The translations under genes were made by a program, and so were the position numbers. Source: Polyangiales bacterium (lineage in GTDB: Bacteria > Myxococcota_A > Polyangia > Polyangiales > JADJQN01). From it: 64,000 nt of DNA. Below the pieces are notes generated by a model. The model did no database searches and was not told the DNA's origin. It was given only the letters and a program-made list of their open reading frames with translations. The stretch's first letter is position 1. The number at the start of each line of letters is the position of its first letter. Of the stretch, positions 21,907 through 31,131 are shown in pieces. The stretch is from the NCBI GenBank assembly GCA_964202905.1, contig CAXNJO010000006.1, forward strand, positions 256,001-320,000. The letters run 5' to 3'.

Positions 21907-22881
21907 TCACCAGAAGATCGAGCGCCGCTCCTTCAACCCGCGGTTCACCATCGATTGGATCGTCTGCTTGACGACCCAGACCTTCTCCTCGATCACGCCG
22001 TCCTCGTCGTCCGGGTCCCCGGTGAAGCGCAGCGGCTCGCCGAAGTAGATGCGGTACTTCGTCGGGAGCGGCAGGGCCATCCCCACGAAGAGCTGCGGGA
22101 GGACCGGCACCGCGGGCATGCCGAGGAGGCGCGCGAGGGGCTTGAGGTCGGCTACCGAGGGGTACTGCTCCTCGGCGCCGATCACGGCGACGGGGATGAT
22201 CGGCGCGCCCGTCTCGAGCGCGAGGCGCATGAAGCCGAGCCCGAAGTCGACGAGCTGGTAACGGCGGTCGAAGGTCTTCGAGATGCCGCGCGCGCCCTCG
22301 GGGAACACGACGAGCGTCTCGTCGTTGCAGAGCAGGCGCCGCGCGTTCTCGGGCGAGCCGACGACCTGCCCGACCCGCGGGAAGAGCACCGAGATGAAGG
22401 GCAGCTCGGCGGACCACTTCTCGACCATGCTGCGCGGGAAACGCGGCGGCTCGGCGTCGAGCATCAGCGACGCGCCGATCGCGAGGCCGTCGAGCGGGAT
22501 CTGCCCGCTGTGGTTCGCGATCACGAGCGCGCGTCCCGCGGGCACGTTCTCGATGCCGAAGACCTCGGTGCGGAAGTAGAAGCGGTGCAGGAACGCCGCG
22601 ACCGCGAGCGCGTAGCGGGCCGCCTGCGGGTCGAAGCCGAACGGATCGACGCCGACCTCGTTCGGGTGCTGCTCGATGCGGGCGAGGCGCGCGTCGAGCT
22701 CCTCGCCGAGCAGGTCCTCGACGCCGCGCACGACGCGATCGCCGAGTCGCCGCGCCGCGCGCCGCAGCGCGCTGCCGTCGTCCTCGCGCCGTTGTCCCCA
22801 GCCCGCGAACGGCACGATCGGCGCACGGTGCGTGGCGGAGGGCGGGCCGGGCTGGCGCTGATCGGAGTTCGGAAGGGCCAT
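21907..22881 (-). CDS. Lysophospholipid acyltransferase family protein (PlsC-like)
   Basis: ANHSGQIPLD (HX4-5D-type motif), VFPEG, IIPVAVIG. Confidence 0.9.
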   Translation of the reverse strand: MALPNSDQRQPGPPSATHRAPIVPFAGWGQRREDDGSALRRAARRLGDRVVRGVEDLLGEELDARLARIEQHPNEVGVDPFGFDPQAARYALAVAAFLHRFYFRTEVFGIENVPAGRALVIANHSGQIPLDGLAIGASLMLDAEPPRFPRSMVEKWSAELPFISVLFPRVGQVVGSPENARRLLCNDETLVVFPEGARGISKTFDRRYQLVDFGLGFMRLALETGAPIIPVAVIGAEEQYPSVADLKPLARLLGMPAVPVLPQLFVGMALPLPTKYRIYFGEPLRFTGDPDDEDGVIEEKVWVVKQTIQSMVNRGLKERRSIFW

Positions 22882-23115
22882 GGGCGGCCGGCATCGTGGC
22901 GGCGCGCGCCGCCCGGATCAAGGAGGCGGGCGGGAGGCGCGACGGGGGGGCGTGGGAGCCGTATCCGGATGGCCGCGCGGGTGCGCGATCCTTCGTGATG
23001 TCGGATTGCATCTGCAACCCGATGTCATCGGACGAGCGAACCCGTGCGCGGCCCGGGGCCTCCTCGGCGCGCCGTGAAGTTGACGGCGCGCGCGGGGCGG
23101 GCGAGGTGTCGAGGG

Positions 23116-23910
23116 ATGCGCAGGGCGTGGCAGACCGTGGCGGTAGGCATCTGCGTCGCGGCGCTGTTCGCGCCGAGCTTGCCTGCGCAGGCCGATGGGC
23201 CGGGCGAGGAGGCGCGCGCGCGTGTCTCGGAGGGGCCGCGCAGCGTGCCGCGGCCGCGCGGTGCGTCGCTCGCACGGGCGCGGATGCTCGGGCTCGGGAC
23301 CCGCGCCGTGGCGACGCGCCTGCTCACGGCGGCGCCCGAGGCGCGCTGGACGGCGGCGGTGCACGGGCGTCGCGCGCGCACGCTGCTCTGGCCCGTCGAG
23401 GGGGCGCGGCTCGGGCGCGGGTTCGGCTTCACGCGTCGCGAGCGCCAGGACCTCCGGCACGAGGGGCTCGACATCGCGGGGGAGACGGGCGCGGCCGTGC
23501 GCGCGGTCGCCGACGGGCTCGTCGCCTACGCCGACAACGGCGTGCGGGGCTTCGGCCATTGCGTGATGCTCGTGCACGCGGACGGTGCGGTCTCGCTCTA
23601 CGCGCACCTCTCGCGCATCACCGTGCAGCCCGGGTGGCGCGCGACGCGTGGCGAGCGCCTCGGCCTCGTCGGGGCGACCGGCATCGCGCGTGGCCCGCAC
23701 CTGCACTTCGAGCTTCGCGAGGGCGGCCGCACCCGCGACCCGGAGCCGCGCTTCGCCGCGATCCCGGGCCGGCCCGCAGCGGTGGTGCGTGTCGCGGCGC
23801 CACGCTCTCCCGCGCCGCCGCCGGGGCCCGACGCGCCCCGCGCGCACGCCGCGCGCCGGGCACGCTGCGGCCATGATAGAAACGGCGCCTTATGCGCATC
23901 CGGTCGCTAG
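23116..23910 (+). CDS. Secreted M23 family metallopeptidase
   Basis: Signal peptide; HEGLDI, YAHLS, GATG...GPHLHFE. Confidence 0.9.
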   Translation: MRRAWQTVAVGICVAALFAPSLPAQADGPGEEARARVSEGPRSVPRPRGASLARARMLGLGTRAVATRLLTAAPEARWTAAVHGRRARTLLWPVEGARLGRGFGFTRRERQDLRHEGLDIAGETGAAVRAVADGLVAYADNGVRGFGHCVMLVHADGAVSLYAHLSRITVQPGWRATRGERLGLVGATGIARGPHLHFELREGGRTRDPEPRFAAIPGRPAAVVRVAAPRSPAPPPGPDAPRAHAARRARCGHDRNGALCASGR

Positions 23911-24581
23911 CGGTCGCGGGTCGGGGATGGAGGTCGGGCGCGCTCGCGGCGCTCACGGTGCTCGCCGCATGCGGCGGTGACGACGACGGGCCGCCGCCGG
24001 ACCCGGCGCTCGAGCCGACCTACGAGAACGTCGAGGCGATCGTGCGCCAGTCCTGCACGTTCTCGGGCAGCTGCCACGGCGGCACGTCGTCGGGGCGCGG
24101 GCGGCTCAATTTCCAGCGCGCCTTCGACGAGGGGCGGCCCATCACCGACGAGCTCTTCGAGGTGCCGTCGTGCGAGTACGCGCCGTACCCGCGCGTGAAG
24201 CCCGGCGTCCCCGAGGAGAGCTGGCTGTGGCTCAAGATCGACAGCCCGACGGACGCGAGCGGCAACATCGTCTTCACGCCCGACCCGAGCTGGGACTCGG
24301 GCGTGCGCGTGCTGCCGGACGGCGGGCTCGCGAGCTCCACGTGCCCGCTCGTCGTGCGCGGCGCGCTGAACTTCGGGAAGCTGATGCCGATGGGCTCGCG
24401 CTCGGGCATCAGCGAGAGCCGCCGCCGCGCCATCCACGGCTGGATCCTCGCCGGCGCGCCCGGGCCGGACGGGGGCGTGACCATGCGCGACGCGGGGGCC
24501 GGCGATCTCGGCGCCCCGGACCTCGGTGCCCCGGACCCCGACGCCGGCTTGCCCGACGCCGGCTCGCCCGACGGGGGCTGA
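23892..24581 (+). CDS. Lipoprotein with cytochrome c-like domain (non-canonical CX5CH)
   Basis: Lipobox LAAC; CTFSGSCH; PGVPEESWL; LMPMG...WILAGAP; DAG/DLG tail. Confidence 0.7.
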   Translation: MRIRSLAVAGRGWRSGALAALTVLAACGGDDDGPPPDPALEPTYENVEAIVRQSCTFSGSCHGGTSSGRGRLNFQRAFDEGRPITDELFEVPSCEYAPYPRVKPGVPEESWLWLKIDSPTDASGNIVFTPDPSWDSGVRVLPDGGLASSTCPLVVRGALNFGKLMPMGSRSGISESRRRAIHGWILAGAPGPDGGVTMRDAGAGDLGAPDLGAPDPDAGLPDAGSPDGG

Positions 24582-24625
24582 GCGCGCGCCCCCCGTCCGC
24601 GGGAGGCGCTATGCTCGCGGCGCCC

Positions 24626-25699
24626 ATGGCCGACGAACCCAGGAAGTCGAAGCGCCCCACCGCGCGCTTCCGCAGCGCGCCGCCCCCTCCACCCGCGGTG
24701 CCCGCGTCCGACCCGGCGCCGCCCCTGTCCCCCGCTGCGCCGCGCCGATCGCGCGGCCGCGCGCCGGCGAGCGCGACCGAGGGCGCGGTGCTCGTCACGG
24801 GGATCTGCGGCCGACTCGGGCGCCTGCTCGCGCGCACGCTTCACCGCGACGACGACGTGGTCGGCATCGACCGCCGCGCCTTCGAGGGCAAACCGAAGGA
24901 CATCGTTCACCACCAGTTCGACCTGCGGCGCAAGAAGACGCGCGACGTGTTCCGCGCGGGCGGCATCCGCGCCGTCGTGCACCTCGGCGTGATGCACGAC
25001 CCGCGCGCGAGCGACAAGGAACACCACTCCTGGAACGTGCGCGGCTTCCAGAAGCTGCTCGATTACCTCGCGGAGTTCGAGATCCCGAAACTCGTCGTGC
25101 TCTCGAGCGCGAACGTCTACGGGCCGCAGCCGGAGAACCCGCAGTTCCTCACCGAGGAGGCGCCGCTGCTCGGCGCCCAGACCTTCAGCGCGATCCGCGA
25201 CCTCGTCGAGGTCGACATGCTCGCGCAGAGTTACTTCTGGCGGCATCCGTCGACCGAGACGGTGATCCTCCGGCCCTGCCACATCCTCGGCAGCGTGCAC
25301 AACGCGCCGAGCAACTACCTGCGGCTCGCGCGGCCGCTCACCGTGCTCGGCTACGATCCGATGGTGCAGGTGGTGCACGAGCGCGACGTGGTCGATGCCC
25401 TCGTGCTCGCGCTGCGGCCCGGCGTGCGCGGGATCTTCAACCTGCGCGGCCCCGGCGAGGTGCCGCTCTCGCGCTTGCTGCGCATGCTCGGGCGCAGCCC
25501 GATGGCGGTGCCCGGGCCCGTGGCGGAGGCCGTGCTGACGCGCATGTGGAAGCTGCGTCTCACGTCCTTCCCCGCGCCGGAGCTCGACCACATCCGCTAC
25601 CTCTGCATGGTCGACGATGCGCGCGCGCGGGCGACGCTCGGCTACGCCCCGCGGCGCTCGCTCGAGGAGACGGTGCGCGCGGTCGAATCGGAGCGCTGA
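24626..25699 (+). CDS. NAD-dependent epimerase/dehydratase (extended SDR)
   Basis: VLVTGICGRLG, VVHLG, LSSANVYG, QVVHERDV. Confidence 0.88.
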   Translation: MADEPRKSKRPTARFRSAPPPPPAVPASDPAPPLSPAAPRRSRGRAPASATEGAVLVTGICGRLGRLLARTLHRDDDVVGIDRRAFEGKPKDIVHHQFDLRRKKTRDVFRAGGIRAVVHLGVMHDPRASDKEHHSWNVRGFQKLLDYLAEFEIPKLVVLSSANVYGPQPENPQFLTEEAPLLGAQTFSAIRDLVEVDMLAQSYFWRHPSTETVILRPCHILGSVHNAPSNYLRLARPLTVLGYDPMVQVVHERDVVDALVLALRPGVRGIFNLRGPGEVPLSRLLRMLGRSPMAVPGPVAEAVLTRMWKLRLTSFPAPELDHIRYLCMVDDARARATLGYAPRRSLEETVRAVESER

Positions 25700-25813
25700 G
25701 GGGCCCGCTCGAGGCGGCGGCGCGGCGCGCGCGGTGACCCGGTGGATGAAACGACGCGGCCCCCGTGGCGTCGTTCCGCAGGGGCCGTCGTCGATCGGGC
25801 GGGCGTGTTCTGC

Positions 25814-26836
25814 TCAGCGGTTGCGGCAGATCGCGTCGATGCAGCGCTCGTCGGCCGCGCACTCGGACTGCTGCGCACACTCGGGCATGCGCTCGTTCGC
25901 CGTGTAGCAGAGCGACTCGGTGCCGCCGGGCGCCGATTGGCAGAGGACGAGCTGGACGTCCGCCATCATGCACTCGGTGTTCATGCCCGTCGGGCAGGGC
26001 GTGCGGCACACGCCGTCGCGGCAGACGCTGCCCATCGCGCAGTCGGCGTCGCGCGCGCAAAAGGGGCGCGGCTCCCACGTCGGTCGGCAGAACTCGTCGA
26101 CGCCGCACGCGTCACCCGCGCCGGTGCAGGTCGCGCCGCGGCAGTCCGCGAGGCAGCGCCCGCCGACGCAGTGCGTGCCGCCCGTGCACTGTGCCGACGA
26201 CGTGCACTCGGTCGGGTCGGCCCCGCAGAAGCCGCCGCGGCACGCCTGGCCGGACGCGCACTGCGCGGCGCTCGTGCAGAGGTTCACGCAGGCGTTGTCG
26301 ACGCACGCGCGGCCCGCGCCGCACTCGTAGTTGAACTGGCAGGTCGCCGACGGGGCGCGGCAGCCGCCCTCGAGGCAGAGCTCGCCGCCGGTGCAGTCGG
26401 CGTTCGAGCGGCACGCGCCGGCCGGCGCGCAGGTGCCGCGGAAGTCGCAGACGAAGCCGCTGGTCGTGCAGGCTGCGTCGTCGGTGCAGAGGCCGGAGGG
26501 CGCGCAGGCGCCGCTCGCGCAGTAGGCGCCCGGCGTGCAGTCGCCGTCCGTGCGGCAGGGGGTCACGGGCTCGCCGGGCACGCAGACGTTGCGCGCCTCG
26601 TCGCACACCTCGCCGGCGATGCAGTCGCCGTCGTCGACGCAGCGCGGGGCGACCTCGCAGACCCCGCTGGGAACGTCGCAGCGCAGGCCGTCGGAGCAGT
26701 CGTCGATGGTGTCGCACGGGCAGCCCTCGCCGACGCAGAAGACGGGGCCGTCGCCGCCCCCGTCGCCGTAGATCGGACAGCCGCTGAGGGCCAGCGAGAG
26801 CGAGAGGGCGAAGAAGGTCGCTTGAAGCCTGTTCAT
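25814..26836 (-). CDS. Cys-rich repeat lipoprotein (CxxDxDC...GxxC repeats)
   Basis: Lipobox LSGC; many CxxDxDCxxGxxCxxGxC units. Confidence 0.85.
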   Translation of the reverse strand: MNRLQATFFALSLSLALSGCPIYGDGGGDGPVFCVGEGCPCDTIDDCSDGLRCDVPSGVCEVAPRCVDDGDCIAGEVCDEARNVCVPGEPVTPCRTDGDCTPGAYCASGACAPSGLCTDDAACTTSGFVCDFRGTCAPAGACRSNADCTGGELCLEGGCRAPSATCQFNYECGAGRACVDNACVNLCTSAAQCASGQACRGGFCGADPTECTSSAQCTGGTHCVGGRCLADCRGATCTGAGDACGVDEFCRPTWEPRPFCARDADCAMGSVCRDGVCRTPCPTGMNTECMMADVQLVLCQSAPGGTESLCYTANERMPECAQQSECAADERCIDAICRNR

Positions 26837-26919
26837 GGTCGGCACGCCTCGGGTGGGTGGGCTCGCGCGCACGGGCGCGCCGCGGGGTCATCGTGAGCCG
26901 GGGGGCTCGTGGCCGCGAA

Positions 26920-26935
26920 TGCGACGAGCGTGCCA
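26920..26935 (-). promoter_or_regulatory. Putative sigma54 (-24/-12) promoter for the Cys-rich lipoprotein
   Basis: Minus strand TGGCACGCTCGTCGCA has GG-N10-GC spacing, ~85 bp upstream of ATG 26836. Confidence 0.6.
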
Positions 26936-27020
26936 TGAGGCGCAGGCGGTGCGGATGCAAGGTTTCCGCGGCTGTGCGCGCGTCGGGGGGCTTGCGACCC
27001 CGTGAGAAGTGAAGCGCCGT

Positions 27021-28037
27021 TCACGGTGTGCGGCGTGAACGGGCGCCCCGCTCGGCCCGGCGCCGCGGGCGCGCGTGGCGGCCGCGCGGGCGATGGAACA
27101 CCGACCGGTCGAGGGGCAGCACGCGGTCTTCGAGCTGGGCCGCCGAGGGCGTGACCCCCGCGGGCAGCGCCGTGAACTGCGGGAGCGGGTTGTGCGCTGC
27201 GCCCTGCGCGTGCCACTCGAAGTGGAGGTGATCGCCGTGCGCGAGGCCCGAGCGGCCGACCTCGCCGAGCACCTGCCCGCGGCGCACGCGTTGTCCCGCG
27301 ACGACGTAGCTCGCGCGGGCGTGCGCGTAGAAGGTCGAGGTCGCGTCCGGGTGCACGACGATGACGAGGTTCCCGTAGCCGCGCAGGCCGTTGTCGCTGT
27401 AGGCGACGAGGCCGTCGTTCGCGGCGCGGAACGGCGTGCCCGCGGGCGCGCCGAGGTCGATGCCCTGGTGGTTGTGGCGTCGTCGGCCGCGCCGGGTCGG
27501 GCCGTGTCCGCGCCAGAGGGCGGCCCCGCTGACCGGGAACAGAAGATCCCCGCGCGCGGTCGTCGGCGTCGCGTCGGTCGCGTCGCCGGCCGGGTCGCGT
27601 GCGCTCGTCGCCTGCGACGCGGCTGGCTCCGGGCGGAGGGGGAGGGCGTCTCCCCGCGTGGCGTCGACCCAGCGCGGCTCGGGCACGTCGAGCAGCAGGC
27701 GCGCCGCGGCGCGCGTCGTCCCGAGGCCGAGCGCCCGCGCCCGTTCGGCGTCGGGGCCTGCGGGTCGCGGCACCCTCCGCGGCCCGCGACACATCCCGCG
27801 CATCGCGCCGCGGCGCACGCACCCGAGCGGTCCCGGCGGGAGCCACTCGGTCGGCGGCGGCGTGTCGAGACCCGGCTCGCGCGCGGCCTCCTCCGGGGTC
27901 GCCGGGCGCGTCGGAGCACGCGGCGTGTCGCCGGCGGTCTGCGGGTCGTCGGCCTGCGCCTCGGTGGGCGCGGCGACCCCGGAGACGTGCGCCGCGACGA
28001 ACGCTGCGACGAGGACGGATGCGCGCCGGGCGGACAT
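27021..28037 (-). CDS. Secreted M23 family metallopeptidase (paralogue of 23116-23910)
   Basis: Signal peptide; HQGIDL, GYGNLV, YAHA, GDHLHFE. Confidence 0.88.
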   Translation of the reverse strand: MSARRASVLVAAFVAAHVSGVAAPTEAQADDPQTAGDTPRAPTRPATPEEAAREPGLDTPPPTEWLPPGPLGCVRRGAMRGMCRGPRRVPRPAGPDAERARALGLGTTRAAARLLLDVPEPRWVDATRGDALPLRPEPAASQATSARDPAGDATDATPTTARGDLLFPVSGAALWRGHGPTRRGRRRHNHQGIDLGAPAGTPFRAANDGLVAYSDNGLRGYGNLVIVVHPDATSTFYAHARASYVVAGQRVRRGQVLGEVGRSGLAHGDHLHFEWHAQGAAHNPLPQFTALPAGVTPSAAQLEDRVLPLDRSVFHRPRGRHARPRRRAERGARSRRTP

Positions 28038-28054
28038 CCGGAGGGCGTAACACG

Positions 28055-28600
28055 TCAGCCGCGGAACGTCGGTCCGAGGGCGCCGCAGCGCCGCAGCGCC
28101 TCGAAGAGCACGATCGACACTGCGTTCGAGAGGTTCAGCGAGCGCACGCCGCCGCTCATCGGGATGCCCCACACGCGCTCGCGGTTCGCGTCGAGGAGCG
28201 CGCGCGGCAGGCCCACCGACTCCTTGCCGAACACGAGCGCGTCCCCCGGCGCGAACGGCGCCTCCAGGTAGCTGCGCTCCGCGTCGCCGCTGAAGTAGTG
28301 GCACTGCGCCCCGGGCGCGCTCGCGGCGCCAGCGCGGGTCCACGCCCGTTCGAAGTCCGGGAGCGACGCGTGCTGCGTGACGTCGACGAGGTGCCAGTAG
28401 TCGAGCCCCGCGCGGCGGATGCTGTGCTCGTCGAGCCGGAAGCCGAGAGGGCCGACGAGGTGGAGCGGTGTCGTCGTCGCGGCGCAGGTCCGCGCGATGC
28501 TCCCCGTGTTCGGCGGGATCTCCGGCTCGACGAGCACGACGTGCAGGGGCGGCGCGAGGAGCGCAGCGCGCAACTTGGGGGCGGGTGGCGGCGCGGTCAT
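28055..28600 (-). CDS. trmL: tRNA (cytidine/uridine34-2'-O)-methyltransferase
   Basis: LVEPEIPPNTG, RRAGLDYW, FGKESVGLP, RSLNLSN. Confidence 0.94.
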   Translation of the reverse strand: MTAPPPAPKLRAALLAPPLHVVLVEPEIPPNTGSIARTCAATTTPLHLVGPLGFRLDEHSIRRAGLDYWHLVDVTQHASLPDFERAWTRAGAASAPGAQCHYFSGDAERSYLEAPFAPGDALVFGKESVGLPRALLDANRERVWGIPMSGGVRSLNLSNAVSIVLFEALRRCGALGPTFRG

Positions 28601-28653
28601 CGTCGCGGTGCTTCTTGACGCGAAAGCGCGCGGAAAGATAGCCTCGACGCGCC

Positions 28654-29733
28654 GTGCGCACCCTCCCGATCGAACGCCCCGTCGTCGCACGTCCCTCCGC
28701 GCGCCGGGCCGCGCGCGCCCCGTCCGCGCTCGTCGCTGCCCTCGCGCTCGCCGCGTCCCTCACCTGCGCGTCGTCCGCGTCCTCCGCTTCGGCGCAGGAG
28801 ATGAACGTCACGCTCGCCCGCCTGCGGACGCCCGCGGCCGACGGGACGCCCTGCTTCGCGACGGTCGCCGCGCCCGGCGGCGGCGCGTCGACGCGCTCCT
28901 ACTGCGGCGACGACGCGGCCTGGGCGGGCATCGCGCAACAGTTGGGGATCTCGATGGCCCCGCCGGTGCTCACGCCGGGCAACACGCTCGGGCCCTCGGG
29001 TTTCTACGTCGGCCTCGAAGGTTTCATCACCAACATCTCGGGTGGCCGCGGCTTCTGGCTGCGCGGCACCGAGGGGGACGCGACGGCCGCGATCGAAGGC
29101 GAGAACCGCTTCACCTCCGGCTCGCTCTACTGGCAGCGCCTGCAGGTGCGCAAGTCGCTGCCGCTCGGCTTCGAGCTGGGCACCTCGATGGCGCATCTCT
29201 TCACGACCTCGTACTGGTCGCTCGGCTTCGACATCAAGTGGTCGATCCTCGAGGGCTTCCGCACCGGCGGCGAGGGGTTCATCCCCGACCTCGCCGTGCG
29301 CGGCGCGGTGCAGACGCTGCTCGGCGAGAGCGAGTTCAACCTCACGATCCCGAGCCTCGAGCTCATCCTCAGCAAGGGCTTCACCATCGCGCACGCGGGC
29401 ACGATCACGCCGTATCTCGCGGGTCAGTACGTCTGGGTGCTCGCGGACAGTGAGCTCGTCGATCTGACCCCGGGCGCCGACGCCGCGACCGGTGGCACGT
29501 CCGCGTACAACGACAACTACGTCTTCGGTCAGATCCGCTCGAACCGGCTGCGCGGCGTGATCGGTCTGCAGGGGCGCTATGGCGTGCTCACCCTCACCGG
29601 CGCCGTCGTCTTCGACCTCGACCAGGTCGACGACCCGACCGCCGGAAACGGCGACGCGCCGACGGCCGACGAGCTCGCGCAGAAGCTCCCGCGGCAGTGG
29701 TCGGCCAACTTCGGCGTCGGGCTGAGCTTCTAG
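28654..29733 (+). CDS. Hypothetical outer-membrane beta-barrel protein
   Basis: Signal peptide ending ASA-Q; amphipathic strands; C-terminal FGVGLSF. The start codon is uncertain. Confidence 0.72.
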   Translation: MRTLPIERPVVARPSARRAARAPSALVAALALAASLTCASSASSASAQEMNVTLARLRTPAADGTPCFATVAAPGGGASTRSYCGDDAAWAGIAQQLGISMAPPVLTPGNTLGPSGFYVGLEGFITNISGGRGFWLRGTEGDATAAIEGENRFTSGSLYWQRLQVRKSLPLGFELGTSMAHLFTTSYWSLGFDIKWSILEGFRTGGEGFIPDLAVRGAVQTLLGESEFNLTIPSLELILSKGFTIAHAGTITPYLAGQYVWVLADSELVDLTPGADAATGGTSAYNDNYVFGQIRSNRLRGVIGLQGRYGVLTLTGAVVFDLDQVDDPTAGNGDAPTADELAQKLPRQWSANFGVGLSF

Positions 29734-29806
29734 AGCGGCGCTTCGCGTCGCGTGAGCGACGTCGATCGCCCACGAAAAGGGTATGTAGGCGGCGCGGATC
29801 GCCCAC

Positions 29807-29836
29807 GAAAAAGGGCACCCCGGAGAGGGTGCCCTT
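29807..29836 (-). terminator. Rho-independent terminator after ald
   Basis: Perfect 10-bp stem AAGGGCACCC-N6-GGGTGCCCTT, followed on the minus strand by a T run. Confidence 0.8.
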
Positions 29837-29889
29837 CGTCGTCGACGCGGTCGCTCTGCCCGGCGCGGGTGGGCGCGGGGCCTCGGGAC

Positions 29890-31002
29890 TCAGCCGATCG
29901 CGCGGTCGAGCGGCGTGTAGTCGACGCCGACGCCCTGCGCGACGCCCTCGTACGTGCACGCGCCGTCCCAGCAGTTGACGCCGAGCGAGAGCGGCTTGCT
30001 CGCCTTCACGGCCTCGACGATGCCCTTGTCGGCGATCTGCTGGCAGTAGCGCAGCGTGGTGTTGGTGAGCGCGAAGGTGCTCGTCTGCGCGACGGCGCCC
30101 GGCATGTTGGGGACGCAGTAGTGCACGACGCCGTGCAGCTCGAAGGTGGGGTGGTCGTGCGAGGTGGGCTTGCACGTCGCGATGCAGCCGCCCTGGTCGA
30201 CGGCGACGTCGACGATCACGGAGCCCTTCTCCATGCGCTTGATGAGGTTCTCGTCGACGAGGTGCGGGGCCTTCGCGCCCGTCACGAGCACGGCGCCGAT
30301 CACGAGGTCGGCGTCGACGACGGCCTTCTCGATGTTCTTCGGGTTCGAGTAGAGCGTCTCGATGGACGAGCCGAAGACGTCCTCGAGGTACGCCATGCGC
30401 TGGCCGTCGACGTCGAGCACGGTGACGTGCGCGCCCATGCCGATCGCGATGGTCGCCGCGTTCGCGCCGACGACGCCGCCGCCGAGGATGACGACCTTGC
30501 CGCGACGCGTGCCGGGCACGCCGCCGAGGAGGAGGCCCTTGCCGCCGCGCTCCTTCTCGAGGCTCGTCGCGCCGACCTGCACGGCCATGCGGCCCGCGAC
30601 CTCGGACATCGGGCGGAGCAGCGGCAGCGAGCCATCCGCGTTCTGGATGGTCTCGTAGGCGACCGCGCGGACCTGCTTCTTCATGAGCTCGCGCGTGAGC
30701 TCGGGCTCGGGCGCGAGGTGCAGGTAGGTGTAGAGGATGAGGCCGGGGCGGAAGAAGCCGTACTCCGCGGGGAGGGGCTCCTTGACCTTCATGACGAGGT
30801 CTGCGCCCCACGCGTCGGCGGCCGTCGGCACGATGGTCGCGCCGGCCGCGACGAACTCGGCGTCGGAGATGCCCGCGCCCTCGCCGCCGCCCTTCTGGAT
30901 GAGGACCTGATGGCCGCCGCGCGTCAGCGCGAGCACGCCACCGGGGTTGATGCCCACGCGGTATTCGCGCGTCTTGATTTCCGTCGGAACGCCAATCTTC
31001 AC
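29890..31002 (-). CDS. ald: Alanine dehydrogenase
   Basis: [60 protein letters not shown]. Confidence 0.97.
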   Translation of the reverse strand: MKIGVPTEIKTREYRVGINPGGVLALTRGGHQVLIQKGGGEGAGISDAEFVAAGATIVPTAADAWGADLVMKVKEPLPAEYGFFRPGLILYTYLHLAPEPELTRELMKKQVRAVAYETIQNADGSLPLLRPMSEVAGRMAVQVGATSLEKERGGKGLLLGGVPGTRRGKVVILGGGVVGANAATIAIGMGAHVTVLDVDGQRMAYLEDVFGSSIETLYSNPKNIEKAVVDADLVIGAVLVTGAKAPHLVDENLIKRMEKGSVIVDVAVDQGGCIATCKPTSHDHPTFELHGVVHYCVPNMPGAVAQTSTFALTNTTLRYCQQIADKGIVEAVKASKPLSLGVNCWDGACTYEGVAQGVGVDYTPLDRAIG

Positions 31003-31131
31003 GTCGTCCTCCTCGGGCTGAAAACTGGCGCGAGACTAGCCGTGCGCGGGTCGCACGCAAGACGGAATCCCGTGCCGCGGCGCGTCAGAAACGCCGATTT
31101 TTTCGGGCTCGCGGGGCCCTCGCGCGCCGCG

